Shown in pieces: positions 19,140 to 28,856 of a stretch of 64,000 nucleotides of DNA. Within the stretch, counting starts at the first letter, position 1. Every line of letters starts with the position of its first letter. Location of the stretch: contig NZ_JAAAKV010000003.1 in assembly GCF_009905725.1 (NCBI RefSeq), positions 88,808 to 152,807 of the forward strand. The letters run 5' to 3'. Origin of the DNA: Emticicia sp. CRIBPO (GTDB taxonomy: Bacteria; Bacteroidota; Bacteroidia; Cytophagales; Spirosomataceae). The notes beneath the pieces are model-generated. The model did not search any database, was not told the origin of the DNA, and saw only the letters and a program-made list of their open reading frames with translations. The position numbers and the translations under genes were made by a program.

Positions 19140-19916
19140 TTATTTTCCATACATAAAAGAAGCTCCCATTTTACCGGATTGGGAAATCAGGAATTTTGGG
19201 GCAATCCGGCTCATGACCCGCATCAGCTTAGCGATGCCCGGGTATATTTCGGTTTTATCCTGCTGCATACCCCTGATGGCAGCCTCAACGATCTTTTCCG
19301 GAGCCATAAGCAGGCTGGTGCTGAAGCCGTCTTCTCCTTTAAATTTATCATTCAGCGGGGTAGAAGAGCCCGGAGCTATCAGTTCAATGACTTTTATTCC
19401 GGTGTTTTTCAGCTGGACACGGAGGGCCTGGGTATAAGAGCGAAGACCGGCCTTGCTGGCACTGTAAACAGGGGATATGGCAAAAGGAAGCAGGGCGATG
19501 CCTGAGGTTACGTTCAGGATAGCGGCGTTGGTTTTTGTTTTCAGATGGGGCAAAAATTGCTGTATCATGCGGACAGGCCCCATCAGGTTGATGTCGATTT
19601 CACGGGTGATGTCGTGCAGGTCGTGGTCATGGTGCAGGCTGATCTTCCGCATTTCCCCGGCGTTGTTGATCACGATGTTGAGCTCCGGAAAATCCCTGGT
19701 GACTTTTTCAAAGAGAGCTTCGATGTCACTGGTTTTGCTGACATCACTTTGAATGACGTGTACGCCGGGTAGTTTCAGTTTGATTTCCTGCAGTTTCCGG
19801 ACGTCCCTTCCGGTGACGATGACGGTGTTGTTAAGGGCCAGCAGTCGCGACGTAAATTCGAAGCCAAAGCCCCCGGTGCCGCCTGTAATCAGAATGGTGT
19901 TGTTTTGTAGTTTCAT
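19140..19916 (-). CDS. SDR-family oxidoreductase
   Basis: ILITGGTGGFGFEF Rossmann motif and YSASKAGLRS active-site motif. Start chosen at MKLQNN. Confidence 0.8.
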   Translation of the reverse strand: MKLQNNTILITGGTGGFGFEFTSRLLALNNTVIVTGRDVRKLQEIKLKLPGVHVIQSDVSKTSDIEALFEKVTRDFPELNIVINNAGEMRKISLHHDHDLHDITREIDINLMGPVRMIQQFLPHLKTKTNAAILNVTSGIALLPFAISPVYSASKAGLRSYTQALRVQLKNTGIKVIELIAPGSSTPLNDKFKGEDGFSTSLLMAPEKIVEAAIRGMQQDKTEIYPGIAKLMRVMSRIAPKFLISQSGKMGASFMYGK

Positions 19917-20047
19917 TTTTTCATTTTTTTGATACCACAAAGTTCGTGAGTTGCCGGGAGACGGATGTAGCCAAAAGTCGCAGTGTTGTAGTGAAAAGTC
20001 AGTTGACCGGTTGGTTTGGGTCATGTTGTCCGGTCAGGGAGAATTTT

Positions 20048-20278
20048 TACGTTGGAGCGGCGTAAAGTTACGTTGGAGCGATGTAAGTTTACGTTGGAGC
20101 GGCGTAAAGTTACGTTGGAGCGATGTAAGTTTACGTTGGAGTGATGTAAGTTTACGTTGGAGCGATGTAAGTTTACGTTGGAGCGATGTAATTCTAAGTT
20201 GGGGCAATGTAATTTTACGTTGGAGCATTGTAGTTTTACGTTGGAGCGACGTAATTCTACGTTGGGGCAATGTAACTG
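20048..20278. repeat. Tandem array of 11 copies of a 21-bp unit (consensus TACGTTGGAGCGATGTAAGTT). Each unit has internal dyad symmetry TTACGT/ATGTAA.
   Basis: Unit-by-unit reading of the sequence. The last five units are degenerate. Located between the divergent SDR and epimerase genes. Confidence 0.9.
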
Positions 20279-20397
20279 TTCTTTAGTATAAAAATGCTGG
20301 AAATACTGAAATCCTGTCTCAAAAAAGCCCTTCCGGGAATCTATGCGGTCTGATCAGAGTTGTATAGAAGCTGATATATATTCAATAAGTTAACCAT

Positions 20398-21057
20398 ATG
20401 AAAATCAAAGCTATAGTGACCGGGGCTACCGGCATGGTCGGGGAGGGCGTACTGCTGGAATGTCTGAAAAATCCTGAAGTAGAGCAGGTATTGGTAATCA
20501 ACAGACGGCCGGGTGGCATTTCCCATCCCAAGTTGAAGGAAATTATTCATGGTGATTTTTTCAACCTGGCTCCCATAGAAAAAGAACTTAGCGGGTACAA
20601 TGCCTGCTATTTCTGCCTTGGAGTCTCGTCTGTCGGGATGAGCAAGGAAGATTACAAACATTTTACCTTTGACCTCACCGTAAATTTCGGGCAGCTGATG
20701 GCCAAACTGAATCCTGAGATGACTTTCTGTTATGTCACCGGCAGCGGTACTGACAGCAGTGAGCAGGGCAGCATTGCCTGGGCCAGGGTAAAAGGAGCCA
20801 CAGAGAACGTCCTGATCCGCTTGTTTAAAAACGCGTACATGTTCAGGCCCGGTTTTATGAAAGCTACAGCAGGTCAGAAAAACGTGAAGAGTTATTACAC
20901 CTACCTTGCGTGGCTGTATCCGGTCGGACGCCTGCTATTTCCTTCGGGTTTCTGTACCCTGGAGGAGGTCGGCAAGGCCATGATCAATGTCACGGTGAAA
21001 GGTTACTCAAAGCAGATCATTGACGTGAAGGATATTGTGGAGATAGCGAAATTATAA
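20398..21057 (+). CDS. NAD(P)H-binding domain protein (atypical SDR/epimerase-like)
   Basis: N-terminal VTGATGMVGEGVL Rossmann motif. Confidence 0.7.
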   Translation: MKIKAIVTGATGMVGEGVLLECLKNPEVEQVLVINRRPGGISHPKLKEIIHGDFFNLAPIEKELSGYNACYFCLGVSSVGMSKEDYKHFTFDLTVNFGQLMAKLNPEMTFCYVTGSGTDSSEQGSIAWARVKGATENVLIRLFKNAYMFRPGFMKATAGQKNVKSYYTYLAWLYPVGRLLFPSGFCTLEEVGKAMINVTVKGYSKQIIDVKDIVEIAKL

Positions 21058-21085
21058 AATCTGTTATTCTCAGCTTATACAAAAA

Positions 21086-21128
21086 CCCTTGCCGATGACT
21101 ATTTCCGCAAGGGTTTTATTTTATTTCA
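21086..21128. terminator. Bidirectional rho-independent terminator
   Basis: cccttgc-N14-gcaaggg followed by ttttattttatttc. It sits between convergent genes. Confidence 0.6.
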
Positions 21129-21155
21129 GTTGCCGGTGTATTGTAGTATATTTTT

Positions 21156-21515
21156 TTATTTGGTCTCCAAAAAAGTGAGTTTATAGCCATCAATGTCTTT
21201 GACGTGAAATGCCCTGCCAAAAGGGGTTTCGATAATTGGTCCGGCGGTGGTTATTCCATTCGCGACGAATTTCTCTTTCAGTTCGTCCACATTTTCGTCC
21301 ACGGCAAACCAGATAGCGACACCGATGCCCAGTTCTTTTCCTTCAATGGGTTCAAGGGGTGTACGGATGGCAAAGCTTGCTTGTCCCTGATTATACTTGA
21401 AAACACAGGCTTGTGGCATTGTGTCGGCAATTTCAAATCCCAGTTTTTTTTCGTAGAAGTCTTTCGAGGCTTCCAGGTTGTTTACTTGTAGTGAAGCAAA
21501 TGTTAATTGTCTCAT
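21156..21515 (-). CDS. VOC/glyoxalase-bleomycin resistance family protein
   Basis: 119 aa. The N-terminal LQVNNLEASKDFYEKKLGFE is typical of VOC proteins. Confidence 0.7.
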   Translation of the reverse strand: MRQLTFASLQVNNLEASKDFYEKKLGFEIADTMPQACVFKYNQGQASFAIRTPLEPIEGKELGIGVAIWFAVDENVDELKEKFVANGITTAGPIIETPFGRAFHVKDIDGYKLTFLETK

Positions 21516-22137
21516 TTTTAATGATATTTGATTGTAGTTACAAATATAATATATATGACAACAATATGCAAATGATTTTATTTTTTCAGCGTTTCCTGTT
21601 GTCAGAAGTTACAATTGAGTATTCCGGAGAAGTTTGTTTAGCATAAGGTCGACGTTTTTTGGTTCCATGCTTTTGCCGGTATGTAGGTTTCTTTTTTGAC
21701 GGGATCCACTGCCCGGACCGGCCAGTTTGAAAACCACAAAAGAGAGCAGTAAGAATGACTAATTTGCTTTTTTTAGATGAGGTTGAATAATATTGACGAT
21801 TAAGTTGTATTGGCAAATGATTCCGGCCATTTTCAGGCAGTACATACTCTGGCGTGCTGTATTTTCAGATTGTTTTTCCGTACTGATTTAAATGGCCTTA
21901 TCAGTACTAAAATACGAAAAATACAAATCCGCTTGTCCGGCGTTTATCCGGGTATGTTCCAGATAATTCCGGCTTGTCTCAGGTAAGGAGCATTTGTTTT
22001 TCTCAGGAATATTTATAATTTTGTTAATAGTTGATTGTGAGCGTATTAATGCTTTCTCGTTGAAGCAAACTTCACTTTCCTTTTAAGCTCCGCACCTGGT
22101 TCAGATTTGAAAATTATCAACCTTAATACCCATTTTA

Positions 22138-22917
22138 ATGAAAAACATTTCTAATGCCGGTCGCTGGTTTTATGCGATTGCCCTGGTTGTTTATGGTGTT
22201 CAGCAGTTCATTTTTGCCGATTTCCGGCCGGTATTTGTTCCTGCCTGGCAATCCTATCTTCCTTTCCTACCCGTCTGGGCTTATTTATTCGGAATCTGGC
22301 TGATCCTTGCCGCAGCAGCCATCATTCTGGAGAAGCGGACCAGGGAGGTGTTGCTTCTCACCGGGGGAATCCTGCTGGCCCTGGTTGTTTTTGTACAGCT
22401 ACCTTTTGAGATCATTGCCGATCCGTACAACAAACACCTGGTGATGTGGACCAACGCCCTGAAAGAGCTCGCCTTATCAGGCGGGGCCTTTGTTGTGGCC
22501 GGGACTTTCCCTGGTAAAAATGACCAGCCGGTGCTTGTCAGGTCGCTGGAAAAACTGATCCCTTTTGGTCATATTTTCTTTTGTATCACGATGATCACTT
22601 TCGGCATCATTCACTTCCTTTACGTTGACGGGGTAGCGGCCCTGGTGCCGGCTTATTTTCCGAAGCCGATCTTCTGGAGTTACTTGTCGGGTGTGGCCCT
22701 GGTGGGTTCAGGCCTGGCGATTATGCTGAAAATCAGGACAAGGGAAGTGGCCGCTTTACTGGCCCTTATGATATTTATCTGGTTTCTTGTTCTCCATATC
22801 CCTAGAGCCGCCGACGATCCTTCCGGCAACCGGGGCAATGAATTCGCCTCTGCCTTTGATGCCCTGGCTTTTACAGGCATTGCTTTGGGGATAGCGTCCG
22901 GTGGAAAGAAAAAGTAA
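22138..22917 (+). CDS. Integral membrane protein with internal duplication (DoxX-like halves)
   Basis: About 8 TM helices. Two similar halves, each ending in an (I)LEKRTREV or KIRTREV motif. Confidence 0.5.
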   Translation: MKNISNAGRWFYAIALVVYGVQQFIFADFRPVFVPAWQSYLPFLPVWAYLFGIWLILAAAAIILEKRTREVLLLTGGILLALVVFVQLPFEIIADPYNKHLVMWTNALKELALSGGAFVVAGTFPGKNDQPVLVRSLEKLIPFGHIFFCITMITFGIIHFLYVDGVAALVPAYFPKPIFWSYLSGVALVGSGLAIMLKIRTREVAALLALMIFIWFLVLHIPRAADDPSGNRGNEFASAFDALAFTGIALGIASGGKKK

Positions 22918-23028
22918 GTTAGTTAACTTAATACAGAGTCGTGCCAAGCAAAAAAAATATAATCACAGTCAGTTTGTAACCTTTTCGGAGACTTGAAGTT
23001 CTTATATTATCAAAGATCATCTCCAATT

Positions 23029-24483
23029 ATGAAAAAGAAAAAAACGATTGTCCTTTTATGTCTTTTTATTTTAGCCCTCAAGCCGGTTTTTGCCCAGTCT
23101 CCCGAAAAAGAAGTAGATAAATTTGTCTGGCGGCAAATGAAAGAACTGGGTATACCCGGTTTGCAGGTTGCTGTCGTAAAAGGCGGTAAAATCGCACTGA
23201 ATAAATCTTACGGATATGCCAATCTCCAGGACTCTGTGGCCGTAAGCAGTAAAAGCCTCTTTGCCATCAACTCCTGCACCAAAGTAGTCACCGGGGTAGC
23301 CATGATGCAGTTGGTAGAGGAGGGCAAAGTGGAGCTTTCGGCCCCGGTTTCCAGGTACCTTGACGGCCTTCCGGCCAGCTGGCAGCCTGTGACCATTATC
23401 CAGCTGATGACCCATATATCAGGTTTGCCGGATATCAACCGGGCGGCCAATATGGTGGGAAACACCATGACTGCAACAGGAAAGGAAGGCTCAGCCTGGG
23501 ATAAAGTACAGAAATTGCCCATGGATTTTCCGACCGGAGAACAATTCAGTTACAATCAGACCAACGGTGCTTTATTGGGCATGATCATAGAAAAACTAAG
23601 TGGAAAGCCTTTCCCGCAGGTTTTTAAAGAGAGACAGTTTGATGTGGCAGGCATGCCCAGGACGATGTTCGGAGACTCACGCAATGTCATTCCTCATTTT
23701 GCTCCCACCTACCGCTACACGAAAGAAATGGACGGGAAGAAGTTAAAAGAGCCCGTTCTGGTTAATAATTACAATGAATTTGCCCCGACCAGCTGGGCAG
23801 GTTCAGGGCTGAACAGCACTGCAGAAGAAATGGCCAAATGGGTGATTGCCCTGCAGCAAGGCAAGTTTTTAAAGACAAAAGAGGCACTGCAAACCATGTG
23901 GACGCCCGCTAAGTTTAATAACGGATCACCTACTTCATGGACGCCCGGCTGGGGAATAGCCAAAATCAGGGCAAAACACCGGGCCTTCGGAATGTCGGGT
24001 GGTGGACGTTCTGCTTTCCTGATATATCCTGATGATGACCTGGCGGTGATTGTGCTGACCAACCTGGGAGGTTCATCACCTGAAAACTTTATTGAAGAGC
24101 TGGCCGGCCTATACAATCCGGACATCCCGGCTTCAGATCCTGTGACATTACTGAGGGTAGAGCTGAACAAGCGTGGTTATGCAAAAGCGATGGAGGTGGT
24201 GAATGAACAAAAGAAAAAAGACCCGGCATTTCAGCCTGTTGAGCATGAACTGAACGATTGGGCCTACCGTATGATGAGCAAGGGCCAGGATAAAGAGGCT
24301 CTTGAGATCTTCAAGCTGAATGTTTCATTGTTTCCCGACAGCTGGAATGTGTATGACAGTTATGGCGAAGTGCTCTGGAAAGTCGGGCAAAAAGAAGAAG
24401 CTATTAAAATGTACACGAAATCTGTAGCCCTGAATCCTGATAACCAGGGCGGAAAGAGGTCCCTTCAGCAATTGACGAAGTAA
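23029..24483 (+). CDS. Serine hydrolase (class C beta-lactamase/PBP-like) with C-terminal TPR-like module
   Basis: Signal peptide. SxxK active-site motif (SCTK). The C-terminal module ALEIFKLNVSLFPDSWNVYDSYGEVLWKVGQKEEAIKMYTKSVALNP is homologous to the C-terminus of the 11355 gene. Confidence 0.8.
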   Translation: MKKKKTIVLLCLFILALKPVFAQSPEKEVDKFVWRQMKELGIPGLQVAVVKGGKIALNKSYGYANLQDSVAVSSKSLFAINSCTKVVTGVAMMQLVEEGKVELSAPVSRYLDGLPASWQPVTIIQLMTHISGLPDINRAANMVGNTMTATGKEGSAWDKVQKLPMDFPTGEQFSYNQTNGALLGMIIEKLSGKPFPQVFKERQFDVAGMPRTMFGDSRNVIPHFAPTYRYTKEMDGKKLKEPVLVNNYNEFAPTSWAGSGLNSTAEEMAKWVIALQQGKFLKTKEALQTMWTPAKFNNGSPTSWTPGWGIAKIRAKHRAFGMSGGGRSAFLIYPDDDLAVIVLTNLGGSSPENFIEELAGLYNPDIPASDPVTLLRVELNKRGYAKAMEVVNEQKKKDPAFQPVEHELNDWAYRMMSKGQDKEALEIFKLNVSLFPDSWNVYDSYGEVLWKVGQKEEAIKMYTKSVALNPDNQGGKRSLQQLTK

Positions 24484-24570
24484 AGCGGACGACTGCTTTT
24501 TCTCCTAAAAAAGTGGGCAGATACTGCCACCATTGGGCCCGGGTGCATCATTACATAAAACCATTCGGAT

Positions 24571-26040
24571 GTGACAGATTTGACAGAGACATTCTGGGAA
24601 ACGACATACAAACAAAATATCGGCAAAATGACCGGGATTTGTTACAGGTATACCGGCGACAGGGAAGTGGCCGGTGACCTGGCCCATGATGCATTTCTGA
24701 CGGCTATCGGTAAATCATCAGGTTTTGAGGGAAAAGGGCCTTTTGAAGCATGGCTGTGGCGTATCACGGTGAATGTGGCCTTGCAGTACCTGCGTGAGCA
24801 AAAGAAAAGGAAGTACCTCGACGACTGGATGACTTACACTACCAATGTTATGGAAACTCAGGAAGACAATCTTGCTCATGAAGATGGCGGTTTCTCGGAA
24901 GAAGAACTTTTAAAGGCGATCGACGGATTGCCTGAGCATCATAAACTGGTCTTCAATCTTTATGTGATAGACAACTTTACCCATGCTCAGATCGCTCAGG
25001 AACTGGGCATCAGTGAAGGCACCTCCAAGTCACACCTGGCCAGGGCCAGGAAGAAGATCAGGGAAATACTCAATGATCAGATAAAAGAAGACCGGAAGAA
25101 AAGGAAATACGCCTTCTTTCTGCTTGTGCTTCCTTATAAATTCTGGAATATTGACGGGCTTTACCGGAAGAAATTCAGGAATTTCAGGATGAAACCCAGG
25201 AAAGTATGGAAAACGGATTCTGTTGACTTCAGTAAGTTTTCAAGGCCTGCAGTGATATCTTCTGCCATTTATAGCATGAACTATTTCATGATCAGCGTTT
25301 TATCCGGCACCGTAGCTGCGGTACTCTTCCTGGTATATAACTTTTCAAAGGAAACAGATATGGCAGGCTCCGGGCTTATCCCTGTAATAAATACTGTGAG
25401 TAATCCTGCAACTCAATTTTCCGGGGAACAAAAGGAGTCGCCGGCAAAGGATGTAAGCAATAAGAACTTTCTCCCTGAAAAGATTAAATCAACATTTTCT
25501 GATTCAACAGATGCCACCATTTCAGAAAAGGGCATCATATTAAGTGAAAACATTAATAAAATTGAAAACATGAAAAGATTTAAAACCTTAGGAGCGATGC
25601 TCGTGGCCGGGTCCGCCCTGGCATTTGACTCGGCAGGCCAGGTCAAACAAAATGCTGCACCATCACTGGTGGTTGAAAATCAGGAGACCGGGAATGTTAT
25701 ATCGTTCAATCAGCCTGAGAAAAAGAAGCCCGTGAGTGATAATGCTTCCGGAACGTTTTATGCCGAAAGGTTGTCCTGGTCTTCTTCAGATAACGAACTT
25801 TACTTTAAGGGCAAAGTGGTGATTGATGTGGAAGACAACAAGTTTGTTGGAAACGGCACTTTTACTTTCCTGGGTAAGGTATACTACTTGGTTTTTGAAA
25901 ACGCCCCGGTAAAAACAAATTCTACCCTGAAACTGACGGAAAAAAAATATGCACTGAAAAAGCTATCACCCCGCAAAGCGATGGATAAGTACGGTGAAAA
26001 CGGAAAAAACGGAGCAGTGGAAATATCACTGGCTGAGTAA
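24571..26040 (+). CDS. ECF sigma-70 factor fused in-frame to a transmembrane segment and a ~230-aa extracytoplasmic C-terminal domain (sigma/anti-sigma-like fusion)
   Basis: Region 2 (AHDAFLTAIG...WLWRITVNVAL) and region 4 (AQIAQELGISEGTSKSHLARARKKI) in the first ~170 aa. Then a hydrophobic helix (FMISVLSGTVAAVLFLVY) and a Ser/Asn-rich domain. The ORF is uninterrupted. Confidence 0.65.
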   Translation: MTDLTETFWETTYKQNIGKMTGICYRYTGDREVAGDLAHDAFLTAIGKSSGFEGKGPFEAWLWRITVNVALQYLREQKKRKYLDDWMTYTTNVMETQEDNLAHEDGGFSEEELLKAIDGLPEHHKLVFNLYVIDNFTHAQIAQELGISEGTSKSHLARARKKIREILNDQIKEDRKKRKYAFFLLVLPYKFWNIDGLYRKKFRNFRMKPRKVWKTDSVDFSKFSRPAVISSAIYSMNYFMISVLSGTVAAVLFLVYNFSKETDMAGSGLIPVINTVSNPATQFSGEQKESPAKDVSNKNFLPEKIKSTFSDSTDATISEKGIILSENINKIENMKRFKTLGAMLVAGSALAFDSAGQVKQNAAPSLVVENQETGNVISFNQPEKKKPVSDNASGTFYAERLSWSSSDNELYFKGKVVIDVEDNKFVGNGTFTFLGKVYYLVFENAPVKTNSTLKLTEKKYALKKLSPRKAMDKYGENGKNGAVEISLAE

Positions 26041-26242
26041 CATAAACATCCTTACTTTAGGATTGAATATCTGCAGGATATATTCCGGCTGAAAATAGCC
26101 GGAATATAAATTTCAACCAATTGACTTAGAATTTACACTTCTTTACATACAATTTACTTCTTCTGCATTATTTTCCCTTTATTTCGCTGAACTTCTGACC
26201 GCAAATGTCTGCGAGTACGGAAGATCATCTAAAAAGCAACCT

Positions 26243-27391
26243 ATGATCAAGTGCTGTAACCCTGTTAATACCCTCCTGTTATTGGGGATGTTCTTTGTGT
26301 CCTGCAACGGGCAGGTCAAAACCAATATGAATAGTGACGAGCCAAAAAAGGCCCGGCCCAAACTGATCAGAAGTCTGGGTACTGACAAACATCAGAACGT
26401 GCATTGCGGACTGCAGGACAAAACGGGCAACCTCTGGTTTGGAACTACCGGAGAAGGTGTCTATCGGTACGACGGTACCTCATTTATCAATTTTACGATG
26501 AAAGACGGATTGAACAGCAATACCATCTGGTCTGTTCTGGAGGATAAAAACGGTAACATCTGGTTCGGCACAGCAGACGGGATTTGCCGTTATGACGGCA
26601 AAGCTTTTGCCCGTGTCTCGATTCCTGCGATGACCGGCAGCTATTTTCAAACCAATAATTCACCGGATAACCCGTCTGCGAAGAATGCCGTGTGGAGCAT
26701 CATGCAGGACAAAAGCGGGAAACTCTGGTTCGGTACAGACTTTGGTCTTTATTGCTATAATCAGAAAACTTTTACCCGTTTTCTGGATGACCATACGATC
26801 ATCAATAAGGAAGGCCTCGGACTGAAGTCGGTACAATGCATGCTGCAGGATAAAAACGGCAATATCTGGCTTGGATCGGGTGTGGCAGAGAGTGAGGGTT
26901 TATGTCTTTTCGACGGAAAATCCCTGACCCGTTTTAAGCCCAACGGCGATGGCTGGATCAGGTCCATTTTAGAAGATAAAAAAGGGAATTTATGGTTGGC
27001 CTGCCGGTTCCACGGGCTGGCATTTTATGACGTCCGGCTGAATGAAAAAGCCGGTCAGCAGAAAACCTTTGTCAATTTTACAGAGAAAGAAGGACTGAGT
27101 GAGAACGGAGCGGGGACTCTTATGGAAGATAAATCGGGGAATATATGGTTTGCCGCCGAGAAAGCCAATGTTCCTGAAAACGAAAAAGGTGGTCTGTGGC
27201 TTTACGACGGCCACCTGGAAGAAAAAGCAGGGCAAAAGAAATCATTTAAAAACTTTACAGTCAAAGACGGCCTGGTCAATAACGCCATCTGGTGTATTCT
27301 GGAAGATAAGGCCGGCCACCTGTGGATAGGCAGCAGGGACATGGGTTTGTGCCGGTATGACGGCAAAACCTTTACCCGGTTTTCAGAATAA
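26243..27391 (+). CDS. Secreted lipoprotein of Reg_prop beta-propeller repeats (third paralog)
   Basis: Lipobox (LGMFFVSCNG). Repeats KTGNLWFGTTGEGVYRYDGTSF.NFT.KDGL. Confidence 0.7.
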   Translation: MIKCCNPVNTLLLLGMFFVSCNGQVKTNMNSDEPKKARPKLIRSLGTDKHQNVHCGLQDKTGNLWFGTTGEGVYRYDGTSFINFTMKDGLNSNTIWSVLEDKNGNIWFGTADGICRYDGKAFARVSIPAMTGSYFQTNNSPDNPSAKNAVWSIMQDKSGKLWFGTDFGLYCYNQKTFTRFLDDHTIINKEGLGLKSVQCMLQDKNGNIWLGSGVAESEGLCLFDGKSLTRFKPNGDGWIRSILEDKKGNLWLACRFHGLAFYDVRLNEKAGQQKTFVNFTEKEGLSENGAGTLMEDKSGNIWFAAEKANVPENEKGGLWLYDGHLEEKAGQKKSFKNFTVKDGLVNNAIWCILEDKAGHLWIGSRDMGLCRYDGKTFTRFSE

Positions 27392-27602
27392 TCCTGAAAA
27401 TAGCAAATCCGCAAATCGCTTCTCAACTGATTTTTCTGAGAAAAGTTTTAAAAAAATCAGATTGCTAACATTTGTATAATTCTCAATTTTAATGTCTATT
27501 TTTCTTCAAAAACGGCAATTATTGTAAAGGTTTTCGCCGGACTTCCACAGGTCAGAAACGGCGGAAACCATTGATTGCCATGTTTTTAAACGGAGGGGAA
27601 AG

Positions 27603-28856
27603 ATGTCTGAGAGAATAAGAGAAAAACTGCAGATACTGGCCGATGCGGCCAAATACGATGTGTCCTGTTCGTCCAGCGGCAGTGACCGGAAAAACACCAG
27701 CAAGGGGATAGGGGACACAGGTTCTGGTATCTGCCACAGCTATACAGAAGATGGTCGCTGCGTGTCGCTTCTGAAGATATTGCTGACCAATCACTGTATT
27801 TATGATTGTGCCTTTTGTGTGTCACGAAGCAGCAATGACATCAAACGGGCTGCTTTTACGGTGGAAGAAGTCGTGGAGCTCACCATGAATTTTTACCGGA
27901 GGAATTACATCGAAGGCCTGTTTCTCAGTTCCGGCATTTTTAAGAACGCCGATTTCACGATGGAGCGGATGTTGAAGATTGTGAAGAAACTACGCCTGGA
28001 GGAGAACTTTAACGGGTACATTCATCTCAAGACCATTCCCGGTGCCAGCGAAGAAATGGTGACGGAGGCCGGATTATATGCCGACAGGATGAGCATTAAT
28101 CTTGAAATGCCCACTGAGCTGGGGCTTAAAATGCTGGCTCCGGAAAAATCACATGAAGAAGTGAAGAAAGAGCTCGGCGTGATCAGGAATAAGTTTATCC
28201 AGTATGCAGATGAAAAGAAAATCATCAAAAGTGTTCCTAAGTTTGTCCCGGCAGGCCAGAGTACCCAGATGGTGGTGGGAGCCACTCCTGAGTCCGACAA
28301 AGACATCATGGGTACGGCCGATGCCTATTACAAAGCCTTTTCATTAAAACGCGTTTATTACAGTGCCTATATCCCGATCAGCCACGACAGCCGGATGCCT
28401 GTGATCGGCACACAGCCTTCGCTGATCCGAGAGAACAGGTTGTACCAGACTGACTGGCTCATGCGGTTTTATAAATTTGATGTGAAAGAAATCCTGAACG
28501 ACCAGCACCCTCATCTCGACATGGAAATTGATCCGAAACTAAGCTGGGCTTTAAGAAATCCACAGGCGTTTCCGGTGGACATCAATACTGCCGATTATGC
28601 GATGATCCTCAGGGTGCCTGGCATCGGCCTGCGGTCAGCCCAAAAAGTGATTGCTGCACGGCAGTATGGGAAACTGCACATTTATCAGCTGAAAAACCTG
28701 GGGATTTCTTATAACAAAGCCCAGTATTTTATCCGCTGTGCGGACAGCCCGTTTCAGTTGAACGAAAAGGAGCCTCATGTGCTGCGGCGGATGATTCTTC
28801 AGAACAGTAAAAGCAAATATGCCAGACAACCCACCAATCAACTAAGCCTTTTCTGA
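27603..28856 (+). CDS. Putative DNA modification/repair radical SAM protein (TIGR03916-like)
   Basis: CxxxCxxC-type cluster motif NHCIYDCAFC and a helix-hairpin-helix-like tail. Paired with the downstream DUF4130-like gene, with a TGATG overlap. Confidence 0.75.
   Translation: MSERIREKLQILADAAKYDVSCSSSGSDRKNTSKGIGDTGSGICHSYTEDGRCVSLLKILLTNHCIYDCAFCVSRSSNDIKRAAFTVEEVVELTMNFYRRNYIEGLFLSSGIFKNADFTMERMLKIVKKLRLEENFNGYIHLKTIPGASEEMVTEAGLYADRMSINLEMPTELGLKMLAPEKSHEEVKKELGVIRNKFIQYADEKKIIKSVPKFVPAGQSTQMVVGATPESDKDIMGTADAYYKAFSLKRVYYSAYIPISHDSRMPVIGTQPSLIRENRLYQTDWLMRFYKFDVKEILNDQHPHLDMEIDPKLSWALRNPQAFPVDINTADYAMILRVPGIGLRSAQKVIAARQYGKLHIYQLKNLGISYNKAQYFIRCADSPFQLNEKEPHVLRRMILQNSKSKYARQPTNQLSLF

Noticed and set aside
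20048-20278. Possible CRISPR array
   Set aside because: The repeats are directly abutting with no unique spacers, the unit is only 21 bp, and no cas genes are nearby.
20034-20286. Overlapping ORFs of 111 aa (+) and 78 aa (-) with heptad-like periodic peptides (LRWSDVS..., LQRKLTS...)
   Set aside because: They are produced purely by the 21-bp DNA tandem repeat, since 21 is divisible by 3. Both strands read open, and there is no start context. The repeat is treated as a DNA element.
21520-22137. ~600-bp apparently noncoding stretch including ORF 21586-21816 (-), which is highly basic
   Set aside because: The ORF has no start context or recognisable fold, and I could identify no conserved RNA motif in it. 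It is left unannotated rather than guessed.
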